DNA of 64,000 bases from Rhynchopus sp. YZ270_cl-10 (Eukaryota), in NCBI GenBank assembly GCA_964035575.1, contig OZ037833.1, positions 2,728,001-2,792,000 of the forward strand, read 5' to 3'. This document shows positions 12,037 through 24,000 of this stretch, in pieces. The notes beneath the pieces are model-generated. The model did not search any database. It was not told where the DNA came from and was given only the letters and a program-made list of their open reading frames with translations. The position numbers were made by a program, and so were the translations under genes. Position 1 is the first letter of the stretch, and the number at the start of each line of letters is the position of its first letter.

Positions 12037-15000
12037 ATGTCGTTTCTGGTCAATTATGTGACCCGCAGTGTTGTGTACTCCTTGGTGTCGAAGCTCGCTG
12101 AAGAGTACTTTGATGGAATCAACCGAGAGCAGCTCCAGGTCTCGCTCGCAGCTGGCGAGGTCTATTTGAAGGATATTTCCGTAAAGCCGTCGTTTCTATC
12201 TTCGCTTAACTCCCCGCTGACCATTCTTTCCGTCAAGATCAAAAATGTCCGGGTCAGAGTTCCTATGACTTCTTTTCTTTCAGGTGCATGGGAAGTTAAC
12301 CTTTGCGGGATCAGTGTACACCTCAAACCCCGTGAAGCGCGACGGTCTTACCCAGAAACCGCAGAAGCTGCTGCAGAACGGCGACGAAAATCGCTTTCAA
12401 CCTTACAAAAAGCGTTTGAAGCGAAAAAACGTGTGTTCAGTGCGTTGCATGGCAGTTTAGGACTCTCTGCAACGTTTCTTCGTAATGTGAAGCTCTGCCT
12501 TTCTGATGTAAATTTGTATTTGCATCACCACCTTGGAGAAAGGGCGCCGTCTCTGAAGGTTTGTCTTGGGTGTGTTGATTTCCATTCTGCTAAGGGCGAT
12601 GATTGGGAGGTGACAACTGAACCGCAAACTGCAAAGAGCTATAAAAAAAGGCTGCACATTCGTGGCTTCAAAATCATTCCATTCGAAGCCACGAAGCAAC
12701 GCGAAGATGCGTTCAAAGAACGGCAAAGGACCAATGCATTCAAACCGAATGGGTTAAATTTCTTTAGTGTGCTTGGTGGATTAGGGGGAACATCGTGGGG
12801 GATGTACACCGCCCCAGAGGTTCAACAGATTGAAGATGACTCACCAAAAAACCGTAAAAAAAAGGCAATTGAAGACGCAACCACCCCAGACCACCGTTCG
12901 CTGTTTCACCTTGCAGAGCTTGAGGTAAAGGCAGAGCTTCAAAGCGACCCATTTCTTGCTGTCAAAATAAACGCATTTGTTGGCAACATTCGCGGTACAT
13001 TGCCAATGATTTATTTGATCCCTCCGAAGTGTACAAAAGAGAAGGGGAGGGTTTTGCCATGTGGAATGTGTGATGCGTGCAGGACCGATGTGTGTTTGAG
13101 TACTGCAATTCGACGTTCTTTGATTAAAATGAATCAGCGAGCGCCGCGTCCGTTTTTGTTTTTTGAGAGGGATGAGTTGCAGTGCAATGAACATAAACAG
13201 CTGGCTGTTGCGAGGATGTGGCAGTATGCGGTGCGTTGTGTGATCAACAACCGCCGGCAAACGACACGACGTACCTCTGATTACCAATCCTACAAAACGG
13301 TTGCGGCGAAGAAGGCGCTTCTCATTGAATACAAAGAACTCAAAATCCTTTCCGTCACCAACAAAATCAGCGACGTTCAAAAGCGCCTTCTCGATCAATA
13401 CGAATACCACCTCCCAAAGGCTCTCCTCATCAGCGTCTGGACCGAGGTGCTCGACGACACCAGCGTCGGGGGATGGTTTGGCTGGAACACCAAAAACCAC
13501 AAAATCGAAGACCTATCCTCCGAAATTTCAGTAAAATTCGAGAGAACACGAGAAACCAACACAGATACTCCGCACATCGTATTTGACATAACGGAGGTTC
13601 CCACCGCGACGAGCGAGGTGTTTTTGACTGCAAATTTTAAGGAAATGAGTGGAGGGTATTATTCATGCACGAATTTGGGGAGCGAGAAGGAGGTGCTAGG
13701 GAATGAGGTGAGTTTTGTGGAGGCGGAGACGCGGCGTGTTGTGACATTGGTTGCAAAGAGCAAGCTCCTTGCAACTGAAGTATCCGGCGACGTTGCTGTG
13801 TGCACTACAACCGAGGCCTCCCTCGACCCACACGGTAACCTCATCATCGATGCCTTCGGACGCTCCGTCGCGCTCCCACACCACGACCGCCCCTTCCTCC
13901 TCTCCACCCTTCTCACCCTCTGCGAAGCCAACGACATCACCCACTTCCTCCCAAAGCAATGTCTCACCTTCTCCCTCAGCTTCTCCGGCGCGTCCATAGA
14001 TTTTATCGACAAAGAGAAGCAGAACTCTCCTTTGAAACAGATTGTCTACATTCCTGGTGATTCCAGCATTACGGTACGCCATATTCAAGAAGAGCGTGTA
14101 AAAACTGCTGCAGATGGTATACCCGACTCTCCATCTTCTTCTGCTTCAGAAGAAGTCGAAGCAGGTTTTGGTGCTTCCGTTGCAACGCCTATGCCATATG
14201 CGAAAAGGTTCTCAGGGGGTACTGGAGTCACACCTGGTATAGGGATTGGGTCCACCTTCTTTTCGCAAAGCCACCCAAAGAATGAACACATCGTTCGCGA
14301 GATGGTCCAAAAGCTGCAGGTAGTGACGAATGCGCCGGTCTCTTTGGAGGTTGATTTTGCCTTCATGCATTTTACCTCAACGTTGATTCTTCCAGAAATC
14401 CCGAACATATATGAAACAGAGGAACAGCGTGGGGAACGTCTCGCACAAAACACCCCAAAGCTGTCGAATTGGTGTACCGAGCCGATTGCAGGCCCGGCAA
14501 ATGATTATCCGTTTGCGAATTTGGTGTTGCCTAATATAGCAGTCTCGAATGTTCCTGATTCGCACAGCAAGACGGAGGGGACGTTTAAGCCGGAGGGCAC
14601 CCGGAATGGGCATCCGATGTGGAAGCTGGCGTGCTCTTCGCAAGGTGAGGATCAGTTCTGTCGCGAACGGAGCAACTGTCAGCTGTGTCGGCAAACCGTC
14701 ATCTTCTGCACAGTGGGCGGGAGGTGGATGGTCGGCCCTGCTGAGATGGTGCCTCGCAACGCTGGTTGGCTGCTGACCAATCACACCCATGGTGGGGTGC
14801 TACCGTGCGACATCGACAGCAGATGGCTTCTCTCGGGCGACGACAACTGGCAGGAATGCAACATTCTTGTCACTCCCCAATTCGACCAAAACGGACCCGC
14901 TGAAGAAACCGAAGACCTTGTCACCATGTTGCCTCATCGATACTCACCGCAGTCCTCCCTTTCCAACGTCTCTTCGGCAACCGGAAGTGATGACGGCACC

Positions 15001-18000
15001 CCTGACGGTACACCTGACGACACACCTTTGCAAGCCACGCAGAAGCGAACGTCGCTACCACCACTAATGCCACCGCCGCCTTCTGCGACTGCGTGGCAGA
15101 GACACAGCCTAGGAGACCTCCGCATGGCACGTAGTGCTGGGAGTGCGTCTCAAAGGGAGCGGCTCACCTCGCTCCACTCAAGCGATTTCTCGGAGCCAGA
15201 GATGATGTCCTCCTTGGCGTCCAGCTTCAACAACGTATCCACGACGCACAGCGGTGTGTTGACAGACCCTGCTTCCGACACCACAGCCCCAGAGGGGGCG
15301 CCCTTATCGGTTCCACCGCCGCTGCGTGCAAGAGAACGTATTCAGTTCTATGCGCGTCCACCGTTGTTGACACCAGAGGCGCGTATCCTTGGTGGTGATG
15401 TAGGTGACGTCATCGCAATGGAGATGGATGCAGAGACGAAGGCGCTTCGTGTGTCTGTGAATGGACGTTCCCTAGTGTCGCCTGCGGTGATCCGTGTGCA
15501 TCTTGGTGGGTCACCTCGGTTGGATTTGTTGGCCTACGTCCGATCGAAGATTAAGCTAAATTCGCAATGCCTAGAGGTAGTGAAGAACGGCCGCATCGCC
15601 TTGCCGTACGTCAATTTGCCAAAGATCCTTGGTGAAGTGAAGTACATTGCAGAGTGCTGTGGGGTGGAGCACAGCGTGCCGTCGAAGCTCCAAGCCGTTT
15701 CGGAGCATGTACTGACAAGACCGGAGGGGCTGAGCTGTTCGAGCAGTGGGACACTTTACATTGCGGATGCGTTTAACCATCGTGTGCTGCGGTGGGTGCC
15801 TGGGTGCTGCAGTGGGCAGGTGGTTGCGGGGGGCAATGGGGGTGGTGCGTCGAAACATCAGCTGCGGTGTCCTGCAGATGTGTGCGTGGTGTCGCATCGT
15901 GGTGTCACGCAGATTTTTGTTGCGGATACACAGAACCACCGGATACAACGTGTCGTCGCCGACAGCACCGAAGACAGCGACACTGTCACCGTCGCAGGCA
16001 AAAAGGGCAAAGGCTCTGGCGTCTCGCACCTCTGTTTCCCATCCTCCGTCGAGATCGGTGGCGACGGCAAGCTCTACATCTGCGACACTGGCAACAACCG
16101 GGTCGTGACCTGGCGCATGGGTGAAGACCACCTCCAACGCGTCGTCGCAGGCTCCGTCCATGGTACCCGCGGCAGTGACGGCACGCTCCTGGACACACCT
16201 AAGGGCATCTTCGTGACAAAGGACTGCAACGTCTACATTGCGGACACACTCAACCACCGCATCGTTCGCTGCGACTATGGTGCGAAACAGTTTGTGGTTG
16301 TGGCCGGGTCTGGCAACGCTGGCCCCCTTGCACACGAGCTCTGCAAACCACACGGTGTTGTGGTACGCCCAGACGGATCCCTCATCATCGCCGACACAGG
16401 CAACGACCGCATACAGATCTGGCGTGCAGGCTCCCCTGCAGGCATCACAGTACGCTACAACATGCGCGCACCACGCGGCCTCTGCCTCAGCCCACACGGC
16501 ATTGTCTACGTCGCCGACACACTCAACAACATGGTCCTCCAATGCGTCCCCCCCTACAGCACCGTCACCCTCCGAGGCGAGCACGACGAATGGGGCGAGC
16601 TCACACCACACCACAGAGAGGCCTTCACCTACGAAGGCATACAGTACTCCTGCCTGCAGGACTGCCACAACCTCTGCAAAGGACGGGATGGCTGGTTCAC
16701 GAAGCATATGAGCACGGACAAACTCATGGACATCATGCTTGCTGCCTTCGTCCAACGAAAGCGCCCCAGAGAGGTCCTCGAAACCACCGGCACCAGCCCG
16801 ATCCGCCTTGTCACCGATGACGACACCCTCTGGGGTGTCGGTGTCGGCGGCAAGGGACCCAACACCTACGGCACCACGCTCGCCTCTGTGCGAGAGTACC
16901 TCCGCCGCCCAGCGTTGGACCTCTCATTCCATGTTACTCGGGGTGTGGCATTCCGCTTTCCTTTGAGCCGCCCATCAGAGCCGCATAAGGAGTGGGTCGC
17001 AGTCGTGCGTGCAAACGAGGTGCTTCTCCCTGGGGTAAGCCTGGAGGGCGTCAAGCAGGGATGGTTCCGGTTCCCAACAAGCTCTGCAACGAACAACTTT
17101 TATTTGCATCTCAAAAATGCATCGCTGTGGATGGAGGCGAGGGGGGCAGATGGGAAGGTACTCAATGCAAAGGATATTCAGAGGCTGTGGCGGACACATG
17201 GTCGTGCCAATGCACAGGACGTTGGTTCGCACACATTAGTGGCAGAGGCGGTGGGGCAGGAGGCGCTTGCACATGAATGCCCTTTGATTTCTCGCAGCGA
17301 CATCGCTCTTCACGTACAGAGTACGCGAGACCACTCCTCCGCAGCGTCGTACTGGGGTTGTACCGGAAGCAAGATCACCCCAACCAAGAATGCGCATGCG
17401 GTTTCCCTGAACCTCAGCCCCATCGGCCTGCAGCTGCTGACGCATTTCCTCAAGGAGGTAGGCAACTTTGCAGGGAACTTCAACCGCGCCCCGTCCCCTG
17501 CTGCGTACCGTTCCCGCATAGGCGCGTGGATGATCGGCGGGCCCTCCCTTGTTGTGCAGGGCATGGGGAAGCAGTGGGAGCGGCCGCCGCGGTTTCGCTA
17601 CATCGCGCATTCGGTTGTTATAGAGAAGGAGAAGGTGTCGCTGAATGACCGATGGGTGCTGCGGATGTTCCGTGAAAGGGGTGAGAGCACGGTGTGGCCG
17701 TGTGGGACAACTATTGCTGCGGATAGGGAGCGGTACGGTGAGAACTGTATTGACCCGTCGGGGATTTTGCTGCTGTCGGAGAACATTCAGCTCCCTGAGG
17801 ATCCGGTGCCGATGCTGTTGCCGGACCTCTCGAAGTTGCCGCTGTTGTCCGAAGCGCTGTACGCACTGCAAAAGATCTGCGAGCCCTGCGGCACGCACAG
17901 CGGTCTCTGTGAACCCAGCCCCGCGGTCCTCTGGGAGAAGGTCTGCCGCGCGCACGTCTCCCTTGCCGACACAGAGCTCCCGCACAGCCTCCCCAGAAGC

Positions 18001-21000
18001 GCCGTCACCACCCTCCGCAAGGTTCTCTCCCCAGGAAAACCCCCTGCACCACACGAAGCCTACCGCATTCTGCTCCAGGTGAACACTGCCTTGGCACCGC
18101 TATTCCGCACCTCCTATGCGATCACCTGGAAGGTCAAGGCAGGCATCCGAGGTAGTGAACCCCTTCAAGTGAACGACCGGGTGCAGGTACGTGACAACAC
18201 AAACGAGCCGTGGCAGTACGGTGTCGTGTCTGCGGTTGTGGACGGTGCGGTGGAGGTGGTGCTGCACCCTACGGGGGACACTCCTTTGGTGGAGGGTGTG
18301 GCGGGTGCAGTGTACGCGCATGTGGCTCGACATGAGGAGACGACCATGTGCACAATGAGGCATGCTCGCCGTGCAGAGGCAGAAGAGCTGCTCGCAGTGA
18401 TGAAGGCGAAGATGCAAGAGAACGCAGACCGCGTCCGGCAGTACGGCAGCAGCAGCGGGCACCACCCGTACGTCACCCCGGCACGGCAGATCTGGCCTGA
18501 GAAGCACTGCCGCCTCGACAAAGAAGGCTTTCCAAACGCAACCTTCTTCAAGTCGCATATGTACGTCTCCATACCACGTGTCGAGGTCAAGCTCTGCGAT
18601 ATGTCCTGCTCCACCCTCTTCCTCCTCCAAATGGAAGGCCTCTGGTACGAAGTCAGCGACAGCTTTTATGACAAAGTGCTTGACGCAGGCATTCGCGAGC
18701 TCTCCGTCTGGGAGCGCCGCACCCGCGTCAACTGGAAGGACACACGCGCACGCAAACGCATCGTCGAGGTGTCAGCCTTAACCGAACCCTTGGACCCTGT
18801 CGCCACCAACGACGAGACCATGCAGTCCCTCTACACAGAGCCCGACTCCGACACAAACAGCATCCCCTTCGTGGACACAGAGGGGACTGCTGCTGTGTCC
18901 GATGCAGACAGCACAGAGGACTTTCCCAAAGGAATGATGTACGGCCAAACCGACGACGAGACGTGGCGCCTGAAACGCCTCTGGCAGAGCCTCGGCGACG
19001 AGATGGCGCAGCGTGGCCTGGACAAATACCTTCTCTTCAGCGAGCCTGTCACACAGACCGCGAACGTCTTCCACCGCATCCTGCGATGCTCCACCACCAC
19101 CGGCGTCCCTGCACGGAGGGGTGCCTCCTCCATGGCACCCACCTGTGGTTGGGGCGACGCACCATTCCACCCTAAGGCAGCTTCCGACCCACAGCCCTGG
19201 TTCCACCCCCAGGAGGACGTACAGGGACCTTTAGGGCTTTACTTCAATATGATACAATCGAAGAGCCAGCGCTCTTTGTGGGGCACCGCTGAAGGCATGA
19301 ATGGGGTGACCGCAAGCATGCAGCTTGGTGATGTCCGGATTGATGTGAACCGTGCAATGATCCCCGACACTGTCTGGAAGTACAACGTCTGGATGGACCC
19401 ACTGACAGGCTTCCCCGAAGCGCTCTGCAGCTTCAAATGGCCCGGCTACGAGCCTATCCCCTGCAACGTGCCGCCCCTTTCGAGCAAGCTCCGCATGCAG
19501 GCCACCTTCGAATCCTTAACCACCACCATCGGCGTCGGTGGCATTGCCGGCTACCACCCTGCGTTCAAGCTGGCAGTCTCCTCCCCAGGCGGCTCCGCTA
19601 TCTACCACACCTCCAGCCACAACTTCAAAAAACACCTCGAAATCAAACTCGGCAGAACCGAGGTGGTATCCCTCTACTCCGACCTCTGCAGCACATTGCT
19701 TTGGGTCAAAGCAGTTAAACCGTCGACCTGGGCAGTTGACGTCAAATTGCAGGAGCACAACGATGGGAGAAAACACCAGGCTGTACACGGTGAGGTGGGG
19801 AACGTCTCCGTGACGTATTCCTCTGGTGCGGTGAGTCAGTTGGTTGCGATGTACCCAGCGAATGCGGTGCGTGTGGTGCATTCATCGTACATCAGACAGC
19901 GCTATGCGGCACCCTTAGTGGACGGCAGCCTCCGTGATGAAGCGGACACCAACCGTTACACCACCCTTGGTGTCGTGCGCTACCCATGCTGTGCTGTCGA
20001 CACACTGAACACATGGCGCGGCATGGTCCTCAGAGGCGACCTGCTGCACACAGCCACCCCCGCCTACGACATCACCATCTCCACCTCCCGTGTCAGCGTC
20101 TGCGCACCCTACCGCATAAAGCCCACCCAAGACAACTTCTCCGATGCCTCCTCCCTACGCATAGGGGTTCCTTCCCTTCAGGTCGTCCTCGAAGGCTGTG
20201 CCCTCAAATGCAATGAAAGCGGTGGTATCCTTGAAGGTGTAGACGGAGAAAACGCACGTCTCTCCATCACCTTTGCGAAGGATGAAGAATTGAAGGCGAT
20301 AGGGCCGGTGGTGCTTGATGAAATGTCGTTTCGATGCGAGCTGGATCGTGCGGACGAACGGACGGAGCTGTCTGTAGTGGTGTCTGAGGTGCGCACCCTG
20401 CGCGTGGCACCGATCTTTGTGGAGCGTGCCATGTCTGCGCTTGAGGTTGCCTTGGACGTCCCCGACGGCATGATACCCTTTCAAGAGATCCTCCCCGAGG
20501 ATTACCTTGAAGGTTACACCCACGCCACCTCACCTGGCCAACGCGTCAGCTCCCTCTCTGTCTCTGTCTCAAGCATCCCTGCCCGTGGTGTCTACGTGTC
20601 CTGCCCCCTCTCCGACGTCGAAAACGACAAAGTTGCGACCCCAAAAAAGAAGGCAACCATCCCTGCAGAAAAGGTGCTGAAACTGCGGTGCAGCTCCCTC
20701 ACGTTGCGTGGCGTGGCGCCGCTTGAAGATGGTAAGCACGGAAACCTTCTGAGTCTGCAGATCGAAAATGTTGACGTCACCTATGCGAAAAGCGACCCAG
20801 GGTACGGCGATGTGTTGACACCTCGCTTCAACGACACCAGCCCGCCTCGGGTGTACTTCGAGATGCGCCAGGTCTCTGTCCTCCTCACGTCCGATGTTGT
20901 GCGTACGTCTACTCCAGTTTTTTCATACAACTGGGCTGAACCGGAGCCCACCACCACCAGAACACAGACTACACAAGAGGAGGTCAACCACAGACCAGCC

Positions 21001-24000
21001 AAGACCGCCACCACAGACGTCTCCCTGAGCAGCCTGCACCTCGACCTGGAGGAGGGCGACCCCCTGTTGGCTGCAGCGTTGCTCCGATTTGAGGATGTGG
21101 GGCACAGTGAGGTGGACGACGGGAGACGCTACCTCTTGGACGTGGACGTGCTGCCTCTGAGTGTCTGCATCTCAGCCTCGCTCATCGAACGCTGTGTCTT
21201 GGTGTGGAAGGCACGCCGCGCAGCACCACCTTCCCCTTTGCCACCCCCCGACAACTCAACCGCACTGCGCTCTATTAGCGGGGTGGTAACGGTGTCTTCG
21301 CCACTGCTCTCCCCATCTGCATCGTTTCCTACTCCCATTGGGAGGGACGTCATCGCACGCGAAGGGAGCCCTTTGGTGCGCGTCTCCGAAGAAGAATTTG
21401 AATGGAACGTAACGGAGACGGAGGTCCTCCTTGCGACGAAAGGGTTTGGTGATAGGTGGGTGGTAGCACCGCATGGGGTGTGGTCTCTTGAGGAGACAAA
21501 GGAGGTGACGGTGTACATCAAACCAACACGCTACCTCATTCTGACAACCTCCACATGCAGCAACGGCACACAAGAACAGTGGATGCAACCCATTGTCCTG
21601 CAAAGCCTTGTCCGCATCGTCTTCTGCGACACTCTCTTTGCGGTGACCGGATTTGACAGAGACCTGCGACACTGCACTATGTCCGGTGGAGTAGCCACCC
21701 GAGAGCTTGCTGCAGAAATTGCAAGAGACCTGGTAATGCTTCCCTTCGGTAGTTCCGTCGTCTTTGGCGACAACTGCACAGTAATGTCAGCAAAGCCGCC
21801 TGCAAACTCAGTGGAGACAACTCTCAAGCCGATTCGCCTGCCAAGCTGTGAAGTGCACGCAGAAGACGCAGAATCCACCTCAAGCAGTTCCAATGCTATG
21901 CGGCAGTACATTCAAGGTGGGATGTTGGTGGGCATTAAGCTCGCAAAGGCAACACTCAATATAGAGGAAGGATGGGATGCCGAAAAATACTTCAGTTTTA
22001 CTGCAGCATCAAACCTGGAGTTGACCCTTCCACGCGAGGGTGACGCGGAAATGGACGCATCTGTATCAGATATGGGGATCTGGTCGGTACGACGTGCCCC
22101 GCAAAATGCCACCACAAACAGCTCTCAATCGAATGCACATAGCTCCACTGGAAGCAACCCAAAACGACGCCCTTCGTTGCAGTCACCACCGGTACTCTTT
22201 GCTCCGACACCGATGCTTCCGGGGGAGACACAAGAAAAGACTGCTGCAGTACTCCGTGTATACCCGCTCGCCTTTTCTGTTAAGCGACAGGTGGTAGACC
22301 AAGGGTTTGCTGCAACGGTGAGTTTGCTGGGAAGAACGTCGAAGATGTGTGGCGACTTCTCCTCTGGACCACGTGGCAGGGCACCATCGAGGGCAAGCCA
22401 GCCGGATTTTGACGCAGCGTCAGACTTTTCACCTCATGCGGGGTTGACACAGTGTCCTGGGTGCTGGGCAACGCTTCGTGTGTCTTCGGAGGACATTCTT
22501 GATGCGAAAGGCATTGCAACAGCGTTTGCGGAGCTTACTGCTTCGCCGGAACAGCTGAGTCCTAAATCTGCGCGAATTCGTCGTGCAAAGGAAAGCGCGC
22601 AAAAGGGTCAAGATAAGCACCGTCGTCGCTCCCGCATGCAACAGCCGTCACCAGGCGACGAAGAGCCGAGCTACCTCACAGCAGCGTTGATCCATCAGCA
22701 TGAGAACCAGCACCGCATCTACGTCGAGAAGGAGACCGTGGAGCTGAAGAACTGCCGCATCGAGGTCCTAGGGGAGCTGGGCACCATGGAGTTGACTCTC
22801 ATCAGCGACCGAGACGGTTTCGACGTGGAGATGCTGAAGTCGCAGTGCAACCTTTCGCAGCTGAGTGGTGCGATAACGCTGCCGATGTCGCAGTGTTGCG
22901 CCCTGGAGACCACGTCCATGCATGCAGACCTGACGTACACCTTCCACTCCCGCGTTGAGGTGCACAACATCACCTGCGGGCATTGGGATGTCATGTTGGA
23001 TATGGGCCAAAAGTTTACGCTCAACCGCGAGAAAACGTCGCTCGGGCAGCACACCCAATCCCTTCGGGTGTGCCCCTGGGTGCGTGAGGATGTTGACCAA
23101 GAGAATGCGGTTCTGGCGACCAGCGTCACGATATCTGCAGACACGTTGATCAACATCACAACAACCCTGCGGCATATGGGTGCAACCAAGCGATCGAAGC
23201 GCAAACGCCGTGGTGACACTACCGGGTCTTTGTACACTGTCCTCAACGAAACCGGTCTGCCGCTTGTTCTTGGTGTTCGTGAGGATGCTGAGCAGGTGGA
23301 CCCAGTGCAGCTGCACGGTGCGTATCAGTCTCGGGTACGGATGAACGAAAGTGTTGTGCTTGCCTTAGGAGGGGAACGTGGCAGAATTCCTATGACAGCG
23401 GCGATTGACGAAACGGACCGTGAGGTGGTGGGTGCCGCTGAGGTGCGTTCCGCTGTGTACAAAAGGAGTGCACAAGGGTTCGTTGTTGCGACACGAAGCA
23501 GTAGGGAGGTCTTCCGGGTGCGGAAGCTGCGGGTGCAGCGTCTCTTTGAGATGGTGTGCACACCGGGGTGTCCGTTGCCGCTCTGCGTTGCACGGACCAG
23601 TGCACGTGAAGGTGCCCTGCAGACAACCGTTCGCAGCACAGTGGTGGTGCGCAATGAATTTGACTTCCCCATCGCCCTGCGCCTGCACCACCCCATGCAG
23701 GCAAACGTCAGCAGCAAGGTCTCACGCGAGGTCGACGTCTTCCCGATCATTGTGATCCCCCCCGCATCGCCTCTGCAGGACAACATCGCAGCCATCCCAC
23801 TGCTCTTCGTCACCAAGGGTGTCTCCTTTGACGTGCGGCCCCTACAGGCTGCACTCAACGACCCAGAGGAGTCGCAGACAGTTGCATCACGCCTACACGA
23901 ACTCCGCACAGAAGGGGGCCTCTCTACCATTGAAGATGGCGAACGCGAAGAGCTTGGCTGCATGCTCTGGTCGAGCCCACTGACGACACGCGACGGCATG

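Noticed and set aside
15571..16755. 394-aa minus-strand ORF
   Set aside because: Antisense shadow of the VPS13 NHL region with no recognisable domain.
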